Assembly (NCBI GenBank): GCA_043228905.1
Contig: JBHGNT010000002.1
Span: 15,066,001 to 15,130,000 of the forward strand
DNA from: Azolla caroliniana
Taxonomy: Eukaryota > Plantae > Polypodiophyta
Direction: 5' to 3'
Length of the DNA: 64,000 nucleotides
Shown: one piece after another, positions 51,339-64,000 of the stretch
Numbering within the stretch: the first letter of the stretch is position 1
Layout: each line of letters opens with the position of its first letter
Position numbers and translations under genes: made by a program
The notes under the pieces: model-generated
Told to the model about the DNA's origin: nothing
Database searches by the model: none
What the model saw: only the letters and a program-made list of their open reading frames with translations

Positions 51339-52879
51339 TGTTGATGGGTGGGGGGTGGAGCCAAGAACAGCTCCACCCAAGGGGTTTACACGTGAGGGAG
51401 AGGGAGAGAGAGAAAGAGACACATAGAAAATTAGAGGGAAAAATTATATATGCATTACATGCCCCATAAGGGGTTTATATAGTATATAATGTAATAGTTG
51501 CATAATATGACTGTTAGAAAAGAAGATCGTTACATTCTTGTTCACATGCACATAATTGTGGATGTGTTCATACATATATTTATCCTCACTCACACTCGTA
51601 TACATTACGCATATACCACAACCCCTTTATCGCGTTTGACCCTTACACCGCCCCGTACACTCCTATGAGTAACAGATGGCACGCCTGTGGGACAATGCAT
51701 TGCAAGGTGAACCTAGTTGCCATGTCAACTCTTATAAACCAGAACTCTATCGGTCGTCTCGTTGGTCGAAAATCCCTTGACCGGATCACAACTCCACGAT
51801 CGATAACTTCGATCAGAGGTTTGCTTGACCCAAACCTTCTCATTCGGTCAACACATCTCTCGGTTGGATCACACACCAATCGGCTCGTCCGCTACGGCAT
51901 GGGTCGTAAAGTCGTTGCGTGTATGTGTATTCTCCGGTTTCTTCATGTGAGAGTTTAATGTTTTGTACCCCTTGGTCTTTGAAATTTTCATTTTTTACCC
52001 TCAGATTTTTGAAATTTTATCATATGCCCTCTTGTTTTCGAAATTTTGTTTTCTACCCCTTTCTTTTTCTTCTACTTTCGTTCCTTGCTTTCTTCTTCCT
52101 CTTTTGTCGTTGAATTCTTCATTTTCTTGACATGCTCATCTATGACAACCTCCGCTTTTTTTCCTTTCCTGTGTAATCTCGAGCTTCATGTCATGGCTTT
52201 ATCCATTCTCTCCTCTCTGCCTTTGCTCTTCCTTCTTCTTCTTCTTCTTTGTCTTCTCTCTTTATCTCTTCTTCTTCTTCTTTCCTCTTCTTCATCTCTT
52301 TCTTCTTCTTCTTCTTCTTCTTTCTTTTTTGATTTCTTCTTCTTTCTTGATTTTCTCCTTCTTTACTTCATATGTTGAGCGGAGTACTTTTGTTTATCTC
52401 CGTCTTCCCTCCTGATCTCTGTCCATTGCCATCTTCATCGTTGTCTATCGGCCGTCATTATCCGTCAGTCGGCTCTAGGACCGTCTATCTGTCTCTATGT
52501 CCGACCGGTTTTGTCCCCCATTTGTTTGACCGTCTCTCTATCTGGTCGGTTGTCTGACCACGTATTTGGCTCCATGCGCTGGTCATCGCTATCTAATGTT
52601 TGTCCGACAATTGTTGGTTATCTGACCAGCTATCCGAACTGTCTTTACAAGCATCGCCTTTCGGCAGCCGGCTCTGTCATCATCTATTTGCCCAATCACA
52701 CATCGGCGGTCACTATATGTCTAGCCCGTCAACCAGCTCTACTGCTCGTTGCTATCCATTGGCCTCAGCCTCGGTTTTCAAGTCGTATTTCTCTATCTGT
52801 CCTTCATTCATTGGCCATCTCTTAGTCCGGCCAACTAGCCGGTTGTTGACTGGCCCACGTTGAGCTTGCTCATGCAACA
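51339..52879 (-). repeat. LTR related to 24138-25449, ending at a copia PPT
   Basis: TGTTGATGGGTGGGG end and shared CCCCATAAGGGGTTTAT block; CAACA at 52879 followed by CTCTCCCTCAA; may be a composite of two LTRs near 52817. Confidence 0.65.
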
Positions 52880-53664
52880 CTCTCCCTCAAGCTCAATTTG
52901 AGGTCGATCTTCTGTGTCAGCATCCGTCGATCCTTGTCTCCGGCTCCTCCTAGCATCTTCACGCCTTGCTCACACTCCTCGACTCGTCCGGTCCTGCGCA
53001 TCTCGGCCTCATCGATCGGCTTATCTACTCATCAGGCCCATCTCAGCTCCCTTGTTGTCGTGATATTGATGCTTCTTGACCCGTTGGCTCCTCGGTGTCG
53101 GCGTCGACTTCAGTTTCCCTCTCGCCCGCTCCACCTTTATGTGATTCAACTCATCTGAATCGAACTACTTGACCGAATCAATCCCTCCGATTCGTTCGCT
53201 CTCTTGTCCAAATTGGTTGTCTCCAATTCTTCTTCTTTTTCCAGGCCCTTGACCACATCAGAACATGTTTTGGTCCTCATCTTTTTTTTTCGGTTGGCTC
53301 TGTCTCTTTTGCTGCCAGTTCCAACTCTTCGGGCGATTCCGCATCTTATTCGGCTTTCTCTTGTTGCTCTCCCCTTGTTGTTCCACCTATTCTCCCCCTC
53401 AAGGGCAACACGTGGAGATGTTGTAACCCAAGCATCTCTGAAAAGTGCTACAACTTGTTTGATCCGAGCACCTTAGTGAAGATGTCGACCACCAGCCGAT
53501 CCGTTCAAACATATCGGAGTTCGACTTCACCACTCAAGACCCGCTAGGACACAAAGTGATAATGCACTTCTATGTGCTTCATGCGAGCATAGAAAAGGGG
53601 GTTCTTTGCCAACGGCATGCTACTGATGTTATCGTAGTAGATTGTGATCGGAGTGGGAACATCG
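52880..53664 (-). mobile_element. Copia RNase H end and 3' extension
   Basis: KHIEVHYHF, DIFTK, LRGR followed by a charged extension; PPT 52880-52891. Confidence 0.8.
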
Positions 53665-54629
53665 TGTTAGGAATATGTCCCTCCTATGGGAGCAGTCGAT
53701 TGGTCGGGCCGAGTGCCAACAATCGAAGACATGAAGATTCGACTGGGGGAGTTGACAGTAGGACAATCTAAGTCGAATACACCACCAACTAGTTGGGTTG
53801 ACCAGATGGTCGAAGACAAGGCCGACTAGTTGGGCTGATTAGACTGTTGACATTGGGGTCGACTAGTCGATCAGTCAGCTGAATAACTATTATTGTTATA
53901 ATAGGAATGACAATAGTAGTGGCAACATTTGTAAATAGCCTATACGGTGTATAATTATAAATATACTTAGGGCAAACATAGTGAGTGTAAAACAAAATAG
54001 TTGTGAACCTTTGTTGTTGAGTGTGACAGAGAAGAGAGAACGGCAACAAAGTTCAATGAACTTGCTAAGAACCCTAAGAGGGTTATCCTCTGTGTGCATT
54101 AGAGAAGATTGTAACCGTTTTCTGTATTCTCTTGTATAGTGGATCTCTATTTCTCTCGTGGTTTTTTCCCGGTTAGGGTTTCCACGTTAAACACTGTGTA
54201 TCTTGTTCATTTTGTTGTTGTTTTTTCTATTTCCGAGTTGTGTATTCTCGGCATATCTTTCTCATGAACATTCAATTTGAATTCAACAAACTGGTATCAG
54301 AACAAAGTTGAAGATGGATTGAGGTGTGAGCGGTTTCTCAGGCATGATAATTCTAAACTCTCAGAAGTATGCCGACTGGAAGATAAAGATGGAGGACCTT
54401 CTCATAGTCAAAACCCTATACGAGCCAATCGGCAGAGCAGAAATACCCATAGGGGGTATTAGATTCGGAATGGAAACTTCTTAACAGAAAGGCGGTGGCC
54501 ACAATTTGACAATCCGTCAATGTGAGTGTCCTTCTACATGTGGCGAACGACACAAATGCCTACGATGTGGCAGAAGCTATCAGGCTTATATGAGATGAAG
54601 AATGTTGTCAACAAAACATCCCTGATGAG

Positions 54630-55739
54630 TATGAAATTGTTTTAAGAATTCAAGCCATTAAACGTTAGAAGAATAAAAGATATGGAGCATAGTATGAACC
54701 ATACGTACCATATCTGCATTCGCATTCGTGAATGTTTCAATCATTCGCGTAAGAAAAACACCCTGAAAGAATGATAAATACCATACTTTTGGATTAACTA
54801 TTTATTATGAGGTAAATAAGCCTAAAAATGAAAAATAAAAAACAAAAACAAACATTTAAAAAATGGGGAAAAAACAAAAAAAAAACACAAGAATGTTTGA
54901 ATAACATTCGAATTCGTTTTCCAACATAGGAAAACGAATGTTATGCTAGAAGAACATGAATTTTATGTACTATGGTATGGAGAATTCACATTTAGAGACA
55001 AAGAACATGAACCAATATCTTAAGAAGAAGTCAAAAGTAAAAGTAAGATACAAAGGGAATGGTCATAACTCTTTCGTTTGTGAGCCAAATATCACGTTTA
55101 AATATGGGTTAGAAATCTTGTAAAGAGAGTTATCTATATCTTTTTAAATATCTAAATTTGGAGCTCGGATGGGGGAGATATGACGATTAGAAGGTCATTG
55201 TGTCTTAACTAAAAATAGGAGATAAAAAGCTTCTAAAAATAGCATGAACGGGGAAGAAGAAGATTATAAGAAGTGACAAAAAGGAAGATTATAAGGGGGG
55301 TGAGGAGGAGAGGTCTTGGTAGGGGAAGGAAGAGTCTTAGAAGAGAGGAAGAGGGCCTAATAGAGGAGGAGGAGTCTTGGGAAGAGGTGTCTTAGTAGAA
55401 GAGGGGTCCTAATAGAGGAGGAGGCGGCTTGGGAAGAGGTGTCTTAGTGGAAGAGGACAGGTCTTAGTAGTGGTTTTGAGTGATTGGAAGTAAGAAGGTC
55501 TTTGGTTTTTTAGTTCAATGTGGAGTTTATCTTCTTTGTATAGTCTTGATAATCGAATATTACAACATGCTTACCCCTTTCTCATCCTCGCTATGTTTTA
55601 TGTTAATTTTTTGAGTCTCCCTCTCTAATTCGTAGTTACTTTGGTCATTATAATCTATTTTAATTCACAACTCTCTCTAATCTACTTGGTCAAGCCCTCA
55701 TATTGGGTACGAAAATCCTTTGTCTTATACACCCTATGA
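54630..55739. mobile_element. Probable solo LTR in copia-5 gag, TSD ATGAG
   Basis: Removal restores TSLMRKIVRL; termini degenerate (TA...GA); purine-rich repeats of about 52 bp at 55340-55470. Confidence 0.7.
54688..54974. mobile_element. hAT-type MITE
   Basis: TIR CATAGTA/TACTATG; 8-bp TSD ATATGGAG/GTATGGAG. Confidence 0.7.
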
Positions 55740-57130
55740 ATGAGGAAGATCGTGAGGCTGAAATAGAGGGACGGGGAAAGCATAGTCGAGCACGTCAGCT
55801 CATTCATGGGGTATGTGAATCAACTTGCTACAACCAAGTTTCTCCTTGAGGATGCAATGCAGGCCATCCTCCTATTGTGCAGCCTGCCGAACAGTTGGGA
55901 GAATCTAGTGGTGACTCTTAGCACCTCGTGTCAGGAAGAGAACTTGTCTCTACAAGCGGTAAAGACAAGCATCTTGAACGAGGAGACTAGAAGGAAGGAC
56001 AAGGGTGTCCTGGGCCTGTCGGAGTCAAACTTGACTCAACATACCGGAAGAGGAAGGAACTGAGAAAGGAGTCCACCACGGAGAGAAAAGTCCCATGTCA
56101 AATCCAAGTCCAGAGGTAAGTTAACATGCTTCTATTGTGGAAAGCGTGGACACTTTTAGAAGGAATGTCGATACCTTAAGAAGGACAAGAGTGTTGGCAA
56201 TAATGTTGAACCTAGGAAGATTCCTGATGAAAAGGGCACATCGGTCATAGCTACGAGTGCAGAGGTGATTATGTTTGTTTGTGAGCAGGCAAGCACACAT
56301 CTTGCAAGTGAAGAGTGCACCTGGGTAATCGACTTGGGTGATCATTTCGCATAACTCCCTCGAGAAAGTGCTTTTTTACTTACATAGTTGGTAATCATGG
56401 CTATGTAAAGATAGGAGATCATGGAGGGTGCATGCAAGATAGCCGGCATTGGAAGCATGTGGCTGACGACATGGACTGGTTGTCGACTGATGTTGAGGGA
56501 TGTTCGCCATGTCCCCGATATCAGATTGAATCTGATATCAACTGGAAGATTGAATGACGAAGGGTATAGTGGTGGCTTCCGAAACGAAAAGTGCAAGTTC
56601 TCTTGCAGAAATATCATAGTGGCACGAGCATCGAAAGAAGGTACAATGTATATGATGCATGCCCGATTATGCAAGTCGGAAGCGAATGTGGAAGCTAACT
56701 CGAGTGGAGAGTTATGGCATAAGAGGCTCGGCCACATGAGTGAAAAAGGAATACACATCTTGGCCGACCAGGAACTTCTCCCAGAAGTGAAAGGAGTAGA
56801 CTTGGAGAAGTGTGTCGACTGCTTAGCCGGAAAGCAAAATCGAGCGGCATTCCACACAAGACCACTGAGAAGAAAAGAAGCCGCACTGGAACTAGTACAC
56901 ACGGATTTGTGCTATGTAGATGCTCCATCGCATGGAGGTGGACAGTTCTTCGTAACATTTATTGATGACTATAGTCAGAAGACATGGGTCTTCCTACTAA
57001 AGTCGAAGGATCAAGTATTGTCAATATTCAAGTAGTTCCAGGCAAGAACCGAACAGGAGTTGGGTCGGAAGCTGAAGGTTGTCCGAACTGACAATGGTGG
57101 CGAATATAAAGGGCAGTTTGAGGAATATTG

Positions 57131-57892
57131 TGACGGGAACTAAACGCGCCTTAGGCGCAATGCTCGTCCACAACCGAGCTTAGAATCATACACAAAAAAA
57201 ACAGGATTGAGTGCACGACACAGTGAAGAGAAGAGTACACAGGATGTTTACGTGGTAAACCCAAACACGGGAAAAACCACGGCAGCCCACATGCTGCAAA
57301 CTATCACTATGTTACAGTGTACAACAGTAAAGCACTGAGGCAACAACCTCGAGCTTTCTATCTTCGCCACTGGCGGCGGTTACAACAGAGGCAACGACCT
57401 CTTCCTCTCTCTCTCTCTCTGTACACAGTTACGCGCTCTAATCACGCTTCAAACAAGAATGACAACAACACTAAAAGTTTGCCCTAAGTCATATTTATAC
57501 TAATATGACTTTTCCGCTATTTACAAATATAGCCACGATGGACTCTCAGAAACATATTTACGAATATGTCTCTTCATCCGGTGAGCACTCCTCACCGGGT
57601 CTTCACCATCCGGCTCTCCGTAGCCGGGTACTCCTCATCCGGTTCTCACCGGGTCTGCACCATCCGGCTCTCCATAGCCGGGTACTCCTCATCCGGTTCT
57701 CACTGGGTCTGCACCATCCGACTCTCCGAAGCCGGGTACTCCTCATCCGGTTCTCACCGGGTCTGCACCATCCGGCTCTCCAAAGCCGGGTACTCCTCAT
57801 CCGGTTTCGGCCTCGGCCTATCGACCTCGACCGATTTTGCTCATCAACACTGTTCTTCTTCCTTCCCATCCGGAGGGACCTGTCTCCCAACA
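57131..57892 (-). mobile_element. Copia-type solo LTR with TSD TATTG
   Basis: TGTTGGG...CCCGTCA on the minus strand, perfect TSD, removal restores EEYCKAEG; four 54-bp repeats. Confidence 0.93.
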
Positions 57893-59066
57893 TATTGCAA
57901 GGCCGAGGGTATTCGAATCGAATACATTGTACCAAAGACCCCTAGTTTGAACGGGCTTGTAGAGAGGATGAATCAAACAATTACGGCGAGAGTAAGGAGC
58001 ATGCAGTCGCACACCAAGCTGCCGAAATAATATTGGGCTGAGGCGATGTACATGGTTTTTTATCTGATCCACAGGTCCCCCTCAGTACCACTGAAAGGTG
58101 ATGTCCCACAAAGGGTGTGGATAGGAAAGGATGTCTCCTGCCGACACCCGAGGGTGTTCATACGCTTAGTGTATATGCATGTGGCTAAGGATCAGAGGTC
58201 AAAGCTCGACATTAAGTTGAAACCATGCATATTCACGGGATACTCGGAGGACAAGTTCGGCTACAGGCTGTGGGACCTAGTCGAAAAGAAGGTATTGAGG
58301 AGTCGGGATGTAGTCTTCTTGGAAGACAAGACAATAGAGAACTAGAAGGAACAGAAGTCTGAATCGACTTCCCAGTCAACCCCTACTACTACCAACGTAA
58401 GGTGAAGTGAACCGACAGGTGTCCGAAGATAGTCAGTCGGCACAACCGAATCCAAGTTGGTCGACTCAGAGCAACTGACAAACACAAGAGAGTCGGAGTC
58501 AGCGGACCTATTGAAGTCGATCGAAGACTTCGAGTCGGAATAAGGCCAACTCCCAACAACTGATTGACACATGTGAATCTGAGCCAAGAGTAGAGTTGGC
58601 AGAGACATCCAAACTGGAGCTGACAACAAGTGGATGGAAATACCCACTCAAAGAAAGGAGGGCACCGACGACATATGCCAGTCAATACATCCTCTTGACT
58701 GATGAAGGTGAACCTCAGTGCTATAGCCAATGAGCACAAAGAAATTTGGCAGAGTTCGATGCAAGATGAGATGGACTCCTTGCACGAAAATTATACGTAC
58801 GACTTGGTGGAGCTACCAAAAGGCAAGGTGAAGACTGGAGAAATCGACAACACACCAAGGTACAAAGCCCGTATTCTGGTGAAGGGGTTCCAACAGATAA
58901 GGGGTGTCGACTTTGGCGAAATATTTGCAACAGTCGTGAAAATGACATCCATCCGAACTGTTCTGAGCATTGTTGTGAGCATGGATCTAGAGACCGAACT
59001 GTTGGATGTAAAAACAACATTCTTGGACAGAGAGCTGGATGAAGAGATCTATATGTAGTAGCCCAA

Positions 59067-61676
59067 TTGGCCAATCGACATAAGCATTGGTTAGTCGAAT
59101 CCACTAGTCGACTAGTCGGCTGATTAACTTTTTATTGTTATTAGGATATTAATAGGAATGATAGTAGCATGTAAATAGCCCATATAGTGTATAAGAATAA
59201 ATACACTTAGGGCAAAAAGAGGAGTAGTAATAGTAGTGAGAGAATAATGTAAAACATAACGAAGCATTGTAGAAAGTATGTTACTGAAGTGTGTAGAGAG
59301 CGCATGTGGTAGAGTTTAGCGAACCTGCCAAGAACCCTAAGCGGTTATCCTCTGAGCATCAAAGAAGAGTTGTAACCATTCTTGTATTCTCAATTGTATA
59401 GTGGAAGATTTGTTCTCCTGTGGTTTTTCCTAGTTTAGGGTTTCCACGTTAAACACTTTGTATTGTGCATTAGTTGTTTTCTGTTTTCTGCGTTATTGTG
59501 TATTTCATGGTTGGTATTTCTCACAGATCTTAAGGTGAACTCCCAACTAACTGGTATCAGAGCTTGAGGTGCAAGCATGGAAGGAGGTGTGAGTGGCTTC
59601 CCAAGTATGATAGTTCTAAACTCTCAAAACTATGCGGACTGGAAGATAAATATGGAAGACCTTCTCATAGTCAAAAACCTATACGACCCCATCGATAGAG
59701 TAGAAATACCCACGGGGGTATTAGAGTCTAAATGGAAACTTTTGAACAGAAAGGTGGTGGCCACCATCAGACAGTGCGTTGATGTGAGTGTCCTTCAGCA
59801 TGTGGCGAATGACACAAATGCCTATGAGATGTGGCAAAAGCTGTCAGGTCTATATGAGAGGAAGAATGCCCTCAACTAAACATCTTTGATGAGAATGATT
59901 GTGAGGTTGAAATACAGGAACCAAGATAGCATTGTGGAGCATGTAAGCACATTCATGGGGTATGTAAACCAAGTTGCAGCAACCAAATTTGCTATTGAGG
60001 ATGCAATGCAGGCCATTCTACTACTGTGTACCCTACCAAGCTCATTTATGAGTGGGAAAGCACAAATCTTGCAAGTGAAGAGTGTACCTGGGTAATCAGC
60101 TCGGGTGCATCTTTCCACATAACTCCATCGAGATAGTGTTTCTCGACTTACAAAACCGGTGATCATGACTATGTAAAGGTAGCAGACAATGGGGAATGCA
60201 AGATAGTCGGGATAGGAAGTGCATGCCGGACAACGTTGACAAGTTGTCGACTGACTATGTGGGAAGTTCGACATGTCCCCGATATCAGATTGAATTTGAT
60301 ATCAACTGGAAGGTTGGATGGCGAAGGCTAGAGTGCTAGCTTCTGAAACGGCAAGTGGAAGTTCGGCCGAGGAAACCTCATAGTGGCCGGAGCACAAAAA
60401 GAGGGCACATTATATATTATGCATGCCCGACTATGCAAGTCGGAAGCAAATGTGGCAGCTTATTCAAGTGGAGAGTTATGGCGTAAGAGACTAGGTCACC
60501 TGAGTGAGAAAGGAATGCATATCCTAGCCAACTAGGAACTTCTCCCACAAGTGAAAGGAGTACAGTTGGAGAAGTGTGTCGACTGGTTAATCGAAAAATA
60601 AAACAGGACAACATTCCACTCAAGACCACTAAGAAGAAGAGTAGTGTCATTGGAACTAGTACACATGGATCTGGACTATGTAGATGGTCCATTGCATCGA
60701 GGTTGACAATACTTCATGACATTCATCAACGACTACATTTGGAAGTTATGGGCTTTCGAACTAATGTCAAAGGACCTATTACTGTCTTTCTTCAAGGAGT
60801 TCCAGGTGAGGGCAGAAAGAGAGTCGGGTCGGAAGTTGAAGTTTGTCTGAACCAATAATGGTGGCGAATATAAAGGGCAGTTCGAGGAATACTGCAAGGG
60901 CCCAAGGTATTCAAATCTAATACACAGTGCCGAAGACCCCTGAGTTGAATGGGCTTGTAGAGAGGATGAATCTAAAGATTATGGAGAGAGTACGGAGCAT
61001 GTTGTCGCATGCTAAGCTGGCAAAATCATATTGGTTTGAGGAGAAGTGTATAGTTGTTTATCTGATCAACAGGTCCCCTTTAGTGCCATTGAAAGGTGAT
61101 GTCCCACAAAGGGTGTGGACAGGCAAGGATGTCTCCTACTGACACATGAGGGTGTTCGGATGTTTGGTGTATATGCATGTGGCTAAGGATCAGAGGTCGA
61201 AGCTTGAAACTAAGACGAAACCATGCATATTGATCGGATACTCAGAGGACGAGTTCGGCTATAGGCTGTGGGACTTAGTCAACAAGAAAGTAGTGGGGAG
61301 TCGGGATATAGTCTTCTTGGACGAGAGTGTCGGTAATAATGTCGAAACCAGGAAGATTCTTGATGAAAAGGGCACATCAAACGTAGGTACGAGTGTAGAG
61401 GAGAAATTGTGCATTTGTGAGAAGGCAAGCACAAATATTGCAAGAGAAGAGTGCGCCTAGGTGATCGACTCTGCTGCATCCTTCCATATCACTCCGTTGA
61501 GAGAGTGCTTCTCGACTTACATAGCTCGGGACCATGGCTATGAAAGATGGGAGATAATGGGAAGTGCAAGATAACTGGCATAGGAAGTTTATGCATGACG
61601 ACGTCGATTGCTTGTCGACTGATGTTGAGAGACGTTCGACATGTCCCTAATATCATATTGAATCTGATATCGACTA
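59067..61676 (+). mobile_element. copia-6, sister copy of copia-4, truncated at both ends
   Basis: Partial LTR 59067-59548, PBS 59552-59563, gag ATG 59577; same INT-to-PR junction at about 61320. Confidence 0.9.
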
Positions 61677-64000
61677 TGTAAAAACGAAGGTGCAGAAGCA
61701 TTAGACAACCGGTTTAGCCAAATAGCAACAGAGAGAGAGAGAGAGATTAATACACAGAAGGTACATAGGAGAGACAGAGGAAGAGCAGAACAACTTAAAT
61801 CTATTATCAACAACTCTGTAAAATTCTCTATGTATACAACGTGCTCAACGACACTTTTTATACAAGTCCTAAGAGGACTGACAAAGGCGCAGTGTACTTC
61901 AATGATCACACAAGCATCTGACACTGACTACAAGACTTTAACTACCTAGCAGTCTAGGCTGCTACCGGCTCACCGATCCGGCTCATCCTTTCGGATGCCG
62001 GTCTGACTCGGGCTTATTCAGCCGATCCGGATCTGGTTGAGCTTGCCGCTCAACACTCCCCCTCAAGTTCAACTTGAGGTTGGATCGTAGTGTCACTCTT
62101 CCACCTGGCTCCTTCTAGCGCCACTCCGCCTTGCTCAAGCTCCTTGTATGGTCTGGTCTTGTTTGCCGCGAACCTTCTGATTTTGCGCACCTTGACCTCC
62201 TCGGTCGGCTTGTCTGCTCAATAGGCCTAATTCAGCTCCTTCACTGCTGTGACTTTGGCGCTTGCCGATTCACCGATTCCTTCGTGTTGGCGTCAACTTT
62301 CGCTGCCTTCTCATCCTCTTCACCTTGAATTGATACGGTTCTTCTGAATCCGTCTGTTGAACCGAATCGGCTGTCTCCGATTCGTTCCAGCTCTTGTCCG
62401 AATCAGTCGCTCCCAATTTGTCTTCCGGTTCCATGCCCTTCACCACATCGGACCATGTCCAAGTCTTGGCCTTCTTCTTCCGGTCGGCTCTGTCCTTCTT
62501 GACTCTGCCGCCGCTATTGGTTGTTCCGACTTGTTCGGATTTGTCAACTTCCTTTGTCAACTCGGCTCCTTTCTTCTTCTTGTCTCTCCCTTTGTCAGTT
62601 CTTCCCTCACCGGCACAATCGGTAGTTTCATTGCCTTTGGTCGTTCCTGTGTCTTTGCCCGTTCTCCCCCTCAAGTGTTGCACGTCGAGATGCTGAACAC
62701 CAAGCATTTCGGTGAAGTGCTTAACTTGTCCGATCCGAGCGGTTTGGTGAAAATGTCGGGGCAACTTGTCGATCCGTATGAACATACCGAAGTTTGACTT
62801 CACCACTCGGGACACGCTCACGCACGAATTGGTAGTGCACTTCTATGTGCTTTGTGCAAGCATGGAATACGAGGTTCTTGGTGAGCTGCATGCTGCTTAT
62901 GTTGTGGCAGTAGACTAGGATCGGGGTCGGCATTTCGATCTGCAGGTCGTGCAATAGTCGCCAAAGCCAAATGGCTTCACAAATGGCAACGGTAGCGCCC
63001 CGGTATTCAGCCTCAGTGCTCGAAAGGGCCAGTGTTGGCTGCTTTTTGCTACTCCACGCAACAACCGTGCTATGAAGCGAAAACATATAGCCGGACGTGG
63101 ATCGGCAATCCGATGCATTGCCGGCCCAGTCGGCATCGGTGTAGCCAATTAGCTCTTCGGTTATACCATGCCGGTATAACAGTCCCCAGTTCACATATTG
63201 CAAAATTCGATACGTGCACAGAAGGTGCTCCACGGTCAGCTTCTGCATATATTGGTTGATCACGCCGATTGGATAACTGATGTCGGGTCAGGTAATTGTC
63301 AAATACATAAGGCTTTCGACGATTTTTCGGAACTCCTTCTCATCGTAGGCCGGTCCAAAGTCCGGACGGAGCTTCTGGTTCTAGTCCAGGGATGTGGAGA
63401 TTGGTCAGCATTCTGTCATGCCGAACTTGTACAACATATTCAACACATAGTGTCTTTGTGAGAGCAATATGCCGTCGGGGGTTCAGATCATCTCGATCCC
63501 AAGGAAATAGTGAAGGTCCCCTAGGTCCTTCATTTCAAATGCATCCGATAAGTGGGACTTGACTCGGCTGATTTCATCGAGTTTGGGTCCGGTGATGACT
63601 AGATCATCAACATACAGCAAGATGCAAACCGGACCGTCCGGACCTTCTCGGATGAACAACAAAGAGTCGGACTTGGAGGCCTCAAACCCCATCTTACACA
63701 ACTGGTGCATGATCTTCCCATTCCAAGCTCAAGGGGCTTGCTTCAGGCCATAAAGTCATTTCTTCAGCCGGTATACCGCCGACTTGTTCATCTCCGTGTG
63801 GAAACCGGGGGGTTGGGTCATAAAGACCTCTTCTTTAAGATCACCTTGAAGAAATGCATTCTTCACTCCCATCTGGTGAAGATGCCACCCCCTTGCCGCA
63901 ACAACCGCCAACACCACACGAACCATCGTCATCTTCGTTACCGGAGCGAAGGTCTCGTCGTAGTCGATTCCGTGGGTCTGCGCGTATCCCTTTGCCACTA
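61677..64000 (-). mobile_element. Copia 3' portion (RT, RNase H, extension, PPT, 3' LTR 61677-62055)
   Basis: [30 protein letters not shown]; PPT 62056-62066; LTR TGTTGAG...TTTACA. Confidence 0.9.

Larger units (their letters stand above)
53665..59063 (+). mobile_element. 3'-truncated copia-5 with nested insertions
   Basis: LTR 53665-54288, PBS 54292-54303, gag/PR/INT/RT motifs. Confidence 0.9.

Noticed and set aside
52046-52415. Leu/Phe/Ser-rich transmembrane-like ORFs (also 16213-16452 and 24934-25446)
   Set aside because: Translations of CTT-rich tracts in TEs

Overview
Eukaryotic land-plant DNA, about 90% nested and decayed transposable elements. These include several Ty1/copia copies (mostly one Tnt1/Tork-like group with tRNA-iMet PBS), Ty3/gypsy remnants (a Tcn1-like chromovirus and an FLDD-type lineage), solo LTRs with target-site duplications, two LINE types and three 8-bp-TSD hAT-type non-autonomous elements. 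The only intact host gene is an intronless, secreted, divergent dirigent-like gene (48646-49197). Two host-gene relics are present: an intronless kinesin-8 retrocopy that appears to form the internal domain of an LTR element, and spliced-type exons resembling an axonemal dynein heavy-chain N-terminus inside a (TACA)n-rich, Helitron-like block. The dynein relic and TE lineages suggest a plant with flagellated sperm (fern, lycophyte or bryophyte; inference). All coordinates and alignments were read by eye and no database searches were run.
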